NCBI GenBank assembly: GCA_002718715.1
Contig: PBFJ01000009.1
Location: forward strand, 723 to 64,722
DNA: 64,000 nucleotides
Direction of reading: 5' to 3'
From: a bacterium
Lineage (GTDB): Bacteria; Patescibacteriota; Gracilibacteria; UBA1369; GCA-2718715
In this document: one piece after another, positions 36,677-44,898 of the stretch
How the letters are laid out: every line of letters starts with the position of its first letter
How positions within the stretch are numbered: position 1 is the stretch's first letter
Program-made: the position numbers and the translations under genes
Notes under the pieces: generated by a model
The model's database searches: none
What the model was told of the DNA's origin: nothing
What the model saw: the letters and a program-made list of their open reading frames with translations, nothing else

Positions 36677-37621
36677 TTAAATTTTTCTGATTACTCTTAA
36701 TTTCGCACTTCTTGCTCTTGGATTAACCTCTACCTCTTTATCACCTGGCTTAACAGGTTTTTTAGTAATCATTTCTACTAAAGGATCAGCATAAATTGAT
36801 TTCAAACTTTTCTCAGGATCAGTCTCAAGTGGCTTTTCAAGCTTCCTGAAAAAGTTCTTCACAATTCTATCCTCTAGTGAGTGATATGATATCACAGCTA
36901 TCCTACCATTGGAAGATAAATGATTATAAAGACTTTCCAAACCTTTTGATAAGGTCCGTAATTCATCATTTACAGCAATTCTAATTGCTTGGAAAACACA
37001 GGTTAAACCTTTAACTCTGTCTTTAGGATGAAAACAAACTTCAATTCTTGTAGCAAATTCATCTGTGTATTTAAAAGGAGAAACAGCTCTTTCTTCAACG
37101 ATTTTTCTAGCAATTAATTTTGCATTCGAAAGCTCTCCAAAAGATTTTAAAATCATAGCTAACTGATCAGATGGCAATTTATTAATTAAAGTTGCAGCAG
37201 TTATCTTTTGTTTTCTAGAATATCTCATATCTAATGGTCCTCTTCTTTTAAAACTAAATCCATGTTCAGCTATATCTAAGTGAGGAGATGAGAGACCTAA
37301 ATCTAAAACTACTTTATCAATTCCATCCATTTTCATAACTTTATAATAATGATCAAAACTAGAGAAACTATCATTAATATAACTTACTCTTCCATCAAAA
37401 CCTTTTAATCTATTTCGAGCTATTTGTAAATTTCTGGAATCTAAATCAAATCCATAAGCTCTTGCCTGACCTTCAGTCCGCTTTAAAAGTTCTTTTGTGT
37501 GACCTCCTAAACCTAAAGTACCATCAACAATAATATCTGTTTCTTTGGGATCTAAAAAATCACAAATCTCATCTAAAAGTACCGAAACATGCTCGAATTT
37601 AAAGTCTTCCATATAAATCAA
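36677..37621 (-). CDS. rsmH: 16S rRNA (cytosine1402-N4)-methyltransferase
   Basis: HVSVLLDEICDFL, VDGTLGLGGHT, DLGLSSPHLD, SYHSLEDRIVKNFF and RARSAKLRV. Confidence 0.93.
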   Translation of the reverse strand: MIYMEDFKFEHVSVLLDEICDFLDPKETDIIVDGTLGLGGHTKELLKRTEGQARAYGFDLDSRNLQIARNRLKGFDGRVSYINDSFSSFDHYYKVMKMDGIDKVVLDLGLSSPHLDIAEHGFSFKRRGPLDMRYSRKQKITAATLINKLPSDQLAMILKSFGELSNAKLIARKIVEERAVSPFKYTDEFATRIEVCFHPKDRVKGLTCVFQAIRIAVNDELRTLSKGLESLYNHLSSNGRIAVISYHSLEDRIVKNFFRKLEKPLETDPEKSLKSIYADPLVEMITKKPVKPGDKEVEVNPRARSAKLRVIRKI

Positions 37622-37703
37622 TTAATTTTTTTAACAGGTCATTTATAATCTATTTCACTTAAAAAGTCAAGAAAAACAAGATTTATTGGCTTTAAAAAGC
37701 CAT

Positions 37704-38309
37704 TTAAAACCTTTGACTAATCGAACCCCATGCATCACCTTCTCGAATTAACTCTAATTTTTCTCCAACTATTTTTAAAATAGTCGAAGGACGATTAAAA
37801 TCTAAAATCCCATTATCTAAAATAAAATCTACTCCATCTAATTTTCCTTCGAATTGTTGACTTAATTCATCTATCGAATAAGCTTCTTTTTGCCCAGTTA
37901 AATTAGCAGAAGTTGAAAATATTGGCTTATCTAATTTAGACACCAAAGTCTGTAAAAAACTATGATCTGGAAGCCTTACTCCAATATATCCATCTGAAAA
38001 TTTAGATGGTAACAAAAGCGTTAAAGGTCCAGGCCAATATTCTTCAATTAATTGAGCTGCTAAAGATGAAACTTCACAATACTTATAAAGCATCTGGACA
38101 CTAGAAACTATCATAGTTAAAGGTTTGTCTTTTGAAGTTCTTTTAAAGCTGGCAATCTGCTCTTTTGCTTTCCCAGAATCAAATACACAAGAAAGACCAT
38201 AACAAGTATCAGTTGGAATACAAATCACCTTTTCAAGCTCAAGCAAATCAACACATTCTTTAAGAACAGAATCGAAGTCTAAAACTTCATCAAATTTTAC
38301 TAATTTCAT
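37704..38309 (-). CDS. tsaC: L-threonylcarbamoyladenylate synthase (YrdC/Sua5 domain)
   Basis: ICIPTDTCYGLSC, KDKPLTMIV, WPGPLTLLL, STSANLTGQ and PSTILK. Confidence 0.85.
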   Translation of the reverse strand: MKLVKFDEVLDFDSVLKECVDLLELEKVICIPTDTCYGLSCVFDSGKAKEQIASFKRTSKDKPLTMIVSSVQMLYKYCEVSSLAAQLIEEYWPGPLTLLLPSKFSDGYIGVRLPDHSFLQTLVSKLDKPIFSTSANLTGQKEAYSIDELSQQFEGKLDGVDFILDNGILDFNRPSTILKIVGEKLELIREGDAWGSISQRF

Positions 38310-38359
38310 TTAATTTTTAAATTAAGTATGATATAATAAATAGAATGTAACAAAAAAAC

Positions 38360-39370
38360 ATGTCAAAAATCAATGTTGCAATTAATGGATTTGGAAGAAT
38401 AGGTCGAACTACCTTAAGAGCCTTTCTTGAAAATCCAAAATTTAACTTGGTAGCAATTAACAACCCTGGAGATCCAGTTCAGCTTACACATCTTTATAAT
38501 TACGATACTAATTATAAAAAAGCTCACTACCCAGCAAAATTAGATGGAGACTATTTAATTATAGATAATCATAAAATTAGATTTTGCCATGAAAGAGATC
38601 CAGAACTACTACCCTGGAAAGAACTCGAAGTAGATATTGTCTTAGAGTGTACCGGAATCTTCAAAGATCAAGCAGGCTGCGGTAAACATATAAAAGCTGG
38701 ATGTAAAAAAGTTATCATTTCTGCACCAGGTAAAGATGAAGATTTAACAGTAGTGATGGGGATTAACGATAAAGATTACGACCCACAAAATCACAATATT
38801 ATTTCAAATGCATCGTGTACAACAAATTGTTTTGCACCACTTTTAAAAGTAATTGATGAAAATTTTGGAATTGAAAACTGTATGATGACAACAGTTCACT
38901 CCTATACAAATAGTCAAAATATACAAGATTCAACACATAGAAAAGATTCAAGAAGAGCAAGGGCTGCTGCTTCAAATATTATTCCAACCTCAACCGGGGC
39001 TGCAAAGGCAATTAAAAAAGTAATGCCACATTTAGCATCCAAAGTTTCGGCTTGTGCAATGAGAGTTCCAACTCCTACGGTTTCTATCGTTGATAGTAAA
39101 ATCATTCTAAGCAAAGATGTAACAAAAGAAGAAGTTTTAGCCGCATTTGAAAAAGCCAGTCAAAATGAACTAAGAGGTATTTTAGAAGTTAATCATGAAC
39201 CATTAGTTTCATCAGACTATATTGGAAGCCCATACTCAAGCTCAATTGATGCAGAATTCATAGAAGTTTTAAACGGAAATATGATTCAAATTCTAAGTTG
39301 GTATGACAACGAATACGGATACTGTTGTAGATTAGTAGATTTATGTAATTTAGTAGCAAGCAAATTATAA
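38360..39370 (+). CDS. gap: Type I glyceraldehyde-3-phosphate dehydrogenase
   Basis: INGFGRIGR, the active site SNASCTTNC, IIPTSTGAAKA and WYDNEYGY. Confidence 0.94.
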   Translation: MSKINVAINGFGRIGRTTLRAFLENPKFNLVAINNPGDPVQLTHLYNYDTNYKKAHYPAKLDGDYLIIDNHKIRFCHERDPELLPWKELEVDIVLECTGIFKDQAGCGKHIKAGCKKVIISAPGKDEDLTVVMGINDKDYDPQNHNIISNASCTTNCFAPLLKVIDENFGIENCMMTTVHSYTNSQNIQDSTHRKDSRRARAAASNIIPTSTGAAKAIKKVMPHLASKVSACAMRVPTPTVSIVDSKIILSKDVTKEEVLAAFEKASQNELRGILEVNHEPLVSSDYIGSPYSSSIDAEFIEVLNGNMIQILSWYDNEYGYCCRLVDLCNLVASKL

Positions 39371-39381
39371 AATAAAAAAAA

Positions 39382-39402
39382 GAGCCAGATTACGCTTGGC
39401 TC
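39382..39402. terminator. Bidirectional hairpin shared by gap and the convergent small basic ORF
   Basis: The hairpin is gagcca-N9-tggctc. On the plus strand it is followed by a T-rich tract. On the minus strand it is followed by T8, the complement of the A8 run at 39374-39381. Confidence 0.55.
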
Positions 39403-39518
39403 ATTCTTTCTTCTCTTCTCAGTCTTGCTTTGAATTTATTTCTCTTTTTACTTTTCTTAGCAATTGGTCTCTTGTTACCAACTAGCCCATGTTGCTTAGA
39501 AGATGATCTGTTACTCAT
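39390..39518 (-). CDS. Unannotated 42-aa highly basic small protein
   Basis: My translation is MSNRSSSKQHGLVGNKRPIAKKSKKRNKFKARLRREERMSQA. It has ATG and TAA, sits in an otherwise empty 250-nt gap, and has a hairpin plus T8 terminator right at its stop. Confidence 0.4.
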   Translation of the reverse strand: MSNRSSSKQHGLVGNKRPIAKKSKKRNKFKARLRREERMSQA

Positions 39519-39622
39519 GCTATATATTTAAAAAACTACACCAAACTTATCAAACAAAAGAATTAAGTGCAAGCAAAAAAACTTGAAATTAAATCAAAAA
39601 TTCACAATTATAAGAAAAAAAC

Positions 39623-40354
39623 ATGCAAGAACGTAAAAAAAACATACTAAAAGCAATTATCCAAGAATATTTAAAATCAGCTGAACCAATTGGCTCCAAA
39701 AGTTTAATGCTGGCTTATAATTTTGAAGTATCCCCTGCTACGATTCGTTTAGACATGGCAAACCTAGAAAAAGAAGGTTTTTTAGTTCAACCTCACACAA
39801 GCGCCGGAAGAATCCCAACCGACAAAGCTTATCGAATGTTTGTTGATGATTTAGTAGATATTCAAAAAGTCAAAAATCAACATGCTGAAGTTTTACAACA
39901 GATAAAAAAACAATTTGAGTCAAAAAAAATTAAAAGAGAAATCTACGATGCTATCTCAATTCTTGCGGCAAACACTCCAAACATTGCATTTGCGACCTTA
40001 CCTGACTCTAGAACTTTTTATCTAGGAGTATCGAAAATACTTAAAAGTCCAGAATTTCTAAAAGATCCAATGCAAGCCTCACAAGTTATGGAAACATTTG
40101 AAAAAGATGATAAATTTTTAAGGTTTTTAGAAAAACTAAACACTCCTTTTGATAAAACTGAAATTTTAATTGGAAAAGAAAATTTACTACAGGAAATTCA
40201 ATCTTGCTCAATAATTGTAAAAAGATACAAAGCATTGAACTACACTGGCTTTATTGGTATACTTGGCCCAACTAGAATGAACTATGGATTAAATAGTATA
40301 ATTCTAGAACAAATATGTGAATTTCTTAACTTTAACCTAAATGACAGAAACTAA
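39623..40354 (+). CDS. hrcA: Heat-inducible transcription repressor HrcA (short form, 243 aa)
   Basis: ERKKNILKAIIQEYLKSAEPIGSKSL...VSPATIRLDMANLEKEGFLVQPHTSAGRIPTDKAYRMFVD is the HrcA winged-helix N-terminus. It sits upstream of grpE-dnaK and a CIRCE element. Confidence 0.85.
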   Translation: MQERKKNILKAIIQEYLKSAEPIGSKSLMLAYNFEVSPATIRLDMANLEKEGFLVQPHTSAGRIPTDKAYRMFVDDLVDIQKVKNQHAEVLQQIKKQFESKKIKREIYDAISILAANTPNIAFATLPDSRTFYLGVSKILKSPEFLKDPMQASQVMETFEKDDKFLRFLEKLNTPFDKTEILIGKENLLQEIQSCSIIVKRYKALNYTGFIGILGPTRMNYGLNSIILEQICEFLNFNLNDRN

Positions 40355-40844
40355 TTCAAACCTAGAACCAAACACTCAAGAAGAAACAAACCAAAACAAT
40401 GATTCTACTCAAGAAAAATCTCTGGAGGAACAATTAAGCGAAATGACAAACATTGCCAAAAGAGCAATGGCTGATTTGCAAAACTTCAAAACCCAAATGG
40501 CTAAAGAAAAACAAGAATATGCAAAGTTTGCAAGAGTTCAAGTTTTAGACAGCTTTTTGCCTATTTTAGACAATCTAAATTTAGCTTTAAAACAAACCCC
40601 AGAAGAATTAAAAGATCACAACTTCATTAAAGGAATTAATCAAATTCAAAAACAACTAGTTAAAATCACTGAAAACTTTGGATTAACTCCAATCTCACAC
40701 GAAATTCTAAACCCTCACATTCATGAAATAATTTCATCAATTCCAGGCGAACAAGATAAAATCATTGAAGTAATTGAGCAAGGTTATATGCTAGAAGACA
40801 GAGTTTTAAAACCTTCTAAAGTAGTAGTTGGAAACGGAAACTAA
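40341..40844 (+). CDS. grpE: Nucleotide exchange factor GrpE
   Basis: RAMADLQNFKTQMAKEKQE, LDNLNLAL and a C-terminal beta domain GYMLEDRVLKPSKVVV. It overlaps hrcA by 14 nt. Confidence 0.9.
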   Translation: MTETNSNLEPNTQEETNQNNDSTQEKSLEEQLSEMTNIAKRAMADLQNFKTQMAKEKQEYAKFARVQVLDSFLPILDNLNLALKQTPEELKDHNFIKGINQIQKQLVKITENFGLTPISHEILNPHIHEIISSIPGEQDKIIEVIEQGYMLEDRVLKPSKVVVGNGN

Positions 40845-40851
40845 AAAAAAC

Positions 40852-40880
40852 TTGCATTTTCATCATTAGCACTCTATAAT
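40852..40880 (+). promoter_or_regulatory. dnaK promoter (TTGCAT-N17-TATAAT)
   Basis: TTGCAT at 40852-40857 and a consensus TATAAT at 40875-40880. The -10 box lies inside the CIRCE spacer. Confidence 0.65.
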
Positions 40881-40892
40881 TCAGAGTGCTAA
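40866..40892. promoter_or_regulatory. CIRCE operator (HrcA binding site), a perfect consensus
   Basis: TTAGCACTC-N9-GAGTGCTAA read directly at 40866-40874 and 40884-40892, 26 nt upstream of the dnaK ATG. Confidence 0.92.
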
Positions 40893-40917
40893 TTTAATAT
40901 ATAATTAATTTTATTTT

Positions 40918-42837
40918 ATGAGTAAAGTAATTGGAATCGATTTAGGTACCACAAACTCATGTGTAGCTGTAATGCAAGGTGGAGAAGCCGTAGTAATTTC
41001 TTCACAAGAAGGATTACGTACTACACCAAGTATGGTTGCCTATAAAAATGATGAAAGATTAGTAGGGGTTGCAGCCAAAAGACAAGCTGTTACAAATGCC
41101 CAAAATACTATTTTTTCAGCAAAAAGATTAATCGGTCACTCTTTTGATGAAATCAAAGGAATTATTGAAAACCTACCTTATAAAGTTGTAAAAGGTTCAA
41201 AAGGTGAAGCCGAAATTGAACTTAACGGAAAACAACACAGACCAGCTGAAATTTCAGCAATGGTTCTACAAAAACTTAAAGCTGACGCTGAAAGTTTCTT
41301 AGGACACGAAGTAACGCAAGCTGTAATTACTGTTCCAGCTTACTTTAATGATTCTCAAAGACAAGCCACTAAAGATGCAGGTAAAATTGCAGGACTTGAA
41401 GTTTTAAGAATCATCAACGAACCAACTGCTGCTTCCCTAGCCTATGGAATCGACAAAAAAGGTGGCGATAAAAAAGTTGCTGTTTACGATCTAGGTGGAG
41501 GTACTTTTGATGTATCTATCTTAGAAATATCTGACATTGACGGAGAAAAACAAATCGAAGTATTAGCTACAAATGGTAATACTACTCTAGGTGGTGATGA
41601 TTTTGATAATGCAATTTTAGAATACTTACTTGAAGAATTCAGAAAACAAGAAGGAATTGATCTTTCAAAAGATAAAGCTGCTCTTCAAAGACTTAAAGAA
41701 GCTGCCGAAAAAGCTAAAATCGAGCTTTCTTCAGCTGCCGAAACTGAAATAAACCTACCATTTATTACAGCTGACGCTGATGGTGCTAAACACTTAAACT
41801 TAAATCTTAAAAGATCAAAACTTGAAGAATTAGTTTCAGGGATCATTGATAGATCTTTAGAACCATGTAGAACAGCTCTTAAAGATTCTAAAATTTTTGA
41901 ATCAGATATCGATGAAGTTATTTTAGTAGGTGGTATGACAAGAATGCCACTGGTAAGAGAAAAAGTTAAAAACTTCTTTGGAAAAGAACCACACCAAGGA
42001 ATCAACCCAGATGAAGTAGTAGCTCTGGGAGCTGCAATTCAAGGTGGTGTATTACAAGGTGACGTAAAAGACGTACTTTTACTAGATGTAATTCCATTAA
42101 CTCTTGGAATTGAAACTTTAGGCGGTGTATCGACTCCATTAATCGAAAAAAATTCAACTATTCCAACTTCTAAATCTCAAGTTTTCTCAACTGCAGCCGA
42201 CAATCAACCATCAGTAGAAATTCATGTTCTACAAGGTGAAAGATCTATGGCCTCAGATAACAAATCTCTTGGTAGATTTATTCTTGATGGAATCGCTCCA
42301 GCACCAAGAGGAGTACCTCAAGTTGAAGTAACTTTTGATGTGGATGCTAACGGTATTTTAAATGTAAAAGCCGTAGACAAAGCAACTAACAAAGAACAAA
42401 AAATTACAATCACAGGTTCAAGCGGACTTACGGATGATGAAATCCAAAAAATGCAAGAAGAAGCCGAAAAATTTGCAGAAGAAGACAAAAAGAAAAAAGA
42501 ATCTATTGAAGTTGTAAATCAAGCCGAAAGCTTAGTTTACCAAACTGAAAAAACTTTAGAAGAACACAAAGAAAAAATCACTGAAGATATTTCAAAACCA
42601 GTTACCGAAAAAGTTGAAAGCATTAAAGAATTGCTAAAAGCCGAAAGCAAAGATGTAGACGCACTTAAAACTGCAATCGAAGAACTTAATCAAGAAGTTC
42701 AAAAAATTGGTCAAGCTATGTACTCTCAACCACAAGAAGGTGTAAACGTAGACGATCAAAACCAAACTGAATCAAACGAAGAAAGTACAGATAAAAAAGA
42801 TTCCAAAGACGACGAAGGCGAAGTAATTGATCAATAA
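40918..42837 (+). CDS. dnaK: Molecular chaperone DnaK (Hsp70)
   Basis: [32 protein letters not shown] and [13 protein letters not shown], plus an acidic C-terminal tail. Confidence 0.98.
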   Translation: MSKVIGIDLGTTNSCVAVMQGGEAVVISSQEGLRTTPSMVAYKNDERLVGVAAKRQAVTNAQNTIFSAKRLIGHSFDEIKGIIENLPYKVVKGSKGEAEIELNGKQHRPAEISAMVLQKLKADAESFLGHEVTQAVITVPAYFNDSQRQATKDAGKIAGLEVLRIINEPTAASLAYGIDKKGGDKKVAVYDLGGGTFDVSILEISDIDGEKQIEVLATNGNTTLGGDDFDNAILEYLLEEFRKQEGIDLSKDKAALQRLKEAAEKAKIELSSAAETEINLPFITADADGAKHLNLNLKRSKLEELVSGIIDRSLEPCRTALKDSKIFESDIDEVILVGGMTRMPLVREKVKNFFGKEPHQGINPDEVVALGAAIQGGVLQGDVKDVLLLDVIPLTLGIETLGGVSTPLIEKNSTIPTSKSQVFSTAADNQPSVEIHVLQGERSMASDNKSLGRFILDGIAPAPRGVPQVEVTFDVDANGILNVKAVDKATNKEQKITITGSSGLTDDEIQKMQEEAEKFAEEDKKKKESIEVVNQAESLVYQTEKTLEEHKEKITEDISKPVTEKVESIKELLKAESKDVDALKTAIEELNQEVQKIGQAMYSQPQEGVNVDDQNQTESNEESTDKKDSKDDEGEVIDQ

Positions 42838-42896
42838 TCACTTACAAGTCCCCCTTCAAAACAACAAAAAAAGCCCCTTAACTCAAAGGGGCTTTT
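42769..42896 (+). repeat. Direct repeat copy A: the last 22 dnaK codons, the stop and the terminator
   Basis: It aligns to 43947..44069. I counted 8 mismatches in the 69-nt coding part, an identical tcacttacaagtccc, a small indel zone, and an identical terminator hairpin. Confidence 0.9.
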
Positions 42897-42898
42897 TT
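42872..42898 (+). terminator. Intrinsic terminator of dnaK
   Basis: The sequence agcccctt-aactca-aaggggct forms an 8-bp stem followed by T5. Confidence 0.8.
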
Positions 42899-43946
42899 AT
42901 AATCTAGATATAATGATTAACAACCAACATCTAATGTTTGATAATCCTCTTCATTTGTAATGTGAAATAGTATTAGATCATTTAAAAAAAATAAAAGTCG
43001 AATAGAATAATGTTGATTATAAGACTCGATTGTATAAACAAGTTCCAATACTTAATCATTAGGTATATCTCTAAACTCGCGTTCAAAACCAACACTAAAA
43101 TTATCTGAAACTGGAAAAGAATTTAAAAATCACGATCAAATTAAACTTCCATAGTGGTTTTCAATAAATTAATTTGCAATTCTGTATATGTTGTGGCATA
43201 ATAAGAAGATTTAATAAATTTAACACAAAAAACATGTCAATTATGAAACCAGGGCAAATGATTTGCCAACTACATGACAAACTCCAATCTGGAGATTATA
43301 AATTAGAAACGGTCTACGATGGAAATGATATTAATGCGCTTAATGATATAGTAAATCGTGAGAATGAACAAAAAAGAGAAAATACAATAAATGCAATAAT
43401 TGAAGAAATTAGTACTGGAAACTACAATCCAAAACAAATAAACGATATCGCTATAAAACACCTTATAATTAAACAAGGATTAATAGAAAACGGTATAATA
43501 CTATTTTCACCGATTACTCTAAACATTCATACATCACAAAAAACATTTAACATTCAAATAAATCCACAAGATATACCAAGTAAAAAAACTAGAGAAAATC
43601 AAAGTTTCGATGGAATTCATACCTATAAAGTAACTGGTTACTATCCTAAAAGTATAAAGACAGGTTCAATGAGTGATATAATTGGACATAAATTAAAAGA
43701 AGCCATGGAAACAAAAAACAAAGAAGAAATCAAAGCTCAATTAATAAAAGAATTCAAAAAATTTGCATACAATCAAAATCTTCAGAACTTACTATTTTTC
43801 AAAGTGATATATTCAAAATATGGTAATCCTGAAGAAATGGAATTTTCAATCAATCCAGAAGAAATTTATCCACCAAAGGTAGATGAAACCAGACAAGGAA
43901 TAACAAGAAAAATACTTAATATCTTTAAAAGATAGAAAAAGAAAAA
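42899..43946 (+). mobile_element. A ~1.05 kb insertion bracketed by the duplicated dnaK 3' end. It may be a remnant of an integrated element; no integrase is present.
   Basis: It lies between direct repeat copies A and B. It carries a 335-nt non-coding leader and one orphan ORF. Confidence 0.35.
43234..43935 (+). CDS. Orphan protein inside the dnaK-end-flanked insertion (233 aa counted from the ATG)
   Basis: Clean ORF starting MSIMKPGQMICQLHDKL. The track extension from TTG at 43174 (MQFCICCGIIRRF) looks spurious. I recognise no family. Confidence 0.5.
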   Translation: MSIMKPGQMICQLHDKLQSGDYKLETVYDGNDINALNDIVNRENEQKRENTINAIIEEISTGNYNPKQINDIAIKHLIIKQGLIENGIILFSPITLNIHTSQKTFNIQINPQDIPSKKTRENQSFDGIHTYKVTGYYPKSIKTGSMSDIIGHKLKEAMETKNKEEIKAQLIKEFKKFAYNQNLQNLLFFKVIYSKYGNPEEMEFSINPEEIYPPKVDETRQGITRKILNIFKR

Positions 43947-44069
43947 GAATCAAACAACGAAAGCACTGAAAAAAAAGATTCAAAAGATGACGAAGGCGAA
44001 GTAATTGAGCAATAATCACTTACAAGTCCCCTTTAAATCAAAAAAGCCCCTTAACTCAAAGGGGCTTTT
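43947..44069 (+). repeat. Direct repeat copy B: a relic dnaK 3' end ([22 protein letters not shown]) plus a terminator copy
   Basis: See copy A. The relic keeps the reading frame and the stop codon. Confidence 0.9.
44045..44069. terminator. Second copy of the dnaK terminator hairpin, placed between convergent genes
   Basis: The sequence agcccctt-aactca-aaggggct is flanked by an A-run upstream and TTT downstream. Confidence 0.6.
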
Positions 44070-44075
44070 AATTTG

Positions 44076-44885
44076 CTAATTTTTATTAACTAACAAAAAA
44101 CATTCTTGATTTTTCTGGGATTGATTAACAGAAAACAAAATATAGTAATCTTTTTCAAAACTAATAGGTTTTTCCCCATCAAATCCAATCACGGTACCTT
44201 GAGGAACGAAATCAAAATCCGTAAATTTTTTGACTAATTTAAAATCATTTGTTTTAGATTTATATATAAGTTTAGAGGCAAAAATCTGCTTACTTTTTCT
44301 AGACTTCAAAATTTCCCCATCTAACATATCTAATCCAATCAAAAAATCTATAACAGCCTGTATTGCAACATTGCTAGAATTTTTATCTCGCATATATCCA
44401 CATTCAATACAGATTCCAACTTTACCCTTGTTATACATATAACCATCAGTGGAACCAGGATGAAAAGCATCAATTCCAGTTAAAACTAAATCAAAATTCA
44501 AATTTTGAATATATTTGATTCCATTTTGTTCAGCAATAACAAAAGGCTGACTATCTGGTCCACTAGAGTGAATGTCTAATAAAATATCTGAATCATCTAA
44601 AAACTTTCGTATTTCTAGAGATCTTTGGTATTCATAAGTATCCTTAATTTGAGAATCAATTTCATCTAAAAAAATTCGATTCATATTAACATTGACTGCA
44701 CGTACATCCTTTTGAATCGCAAGTGGGTTAGCAATAATCAAATTCAATTTTCCTCTTTTTATCTTTAAATCAGAAACCAAAGATTGAATGGCCTCAACTC
44801 CACAAAATTCATTCCCATGGATTCCACCCATAATTGTTACTGTAGGACCTTTTAACTGTCCTTTAATTTCATAAATTGTTTGCAT
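44076..44885 (-). CDS. Succinylglutamate desuccinylase/aspartoacylase (AstE/AspA, M14-like zinc hydrolase) family protein
   Basis: GPTVTIMGGIHGNEFCGVEA (HxxE zinc site) and LLDIHSS (second His). Confidence 0.72.
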   Translation of the reverse strand: MQTIYEIKGQLKGPTVTIMGGIHGNEFCGVEAIQSLVSDLKIKRGKLNLIIANPLAIQKDVRAVNVNMNRIFLDEIDSQIKDTYEYQRSLEIRKFLDDSDILLDIHSSGPDSQPFVIAEQNGIKYIQNLNFDLVLTGIDAFHPGSTDGYMYNKGKVGICIECGYMRDKNSSNVAIQAVIDFLIGLDMLDGEILKSRKSKQIFASKLIYKSKTNDFKLVKKFTDFDFVPQGTVIGFDGEKPISFEKDYYILFSVNQSQKNQECFLLVNKN

Positions 44886-44898
44886 AAAGAAAAATTAA

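Noticed and set aside
42917-43129. A minus-strand reading frame in the insertion leader (FLNSFPVSDNFSVGFEREFRDIPND*VLELVYTIESYNQHYSIRLLFFLNDLILFHITNEEDYQTLDVGC) looked vaguely like a decayed RelE/ParE-type toxin.
   Set aside because: It has no start codon, an in-frame TAA at 43052-43054 and a TGA immediately upstream. The resemblance is only an impression of a Y-x-I-R-hydrophobic pattern. It cannot be supported without a profile search, although it would fit a mobile-element remnant if confirmed.
43174-43233. TTG-initiated 5' extension of the orphan ORF (MQFCICCGIIRRFNKFNTKN)
   Set aside because: It is a Cys/Ile/Arg-rich string with no signal-peptide logic. An ATG at 43234 gives a normal N-terminus, so the extension is probably non-coding.
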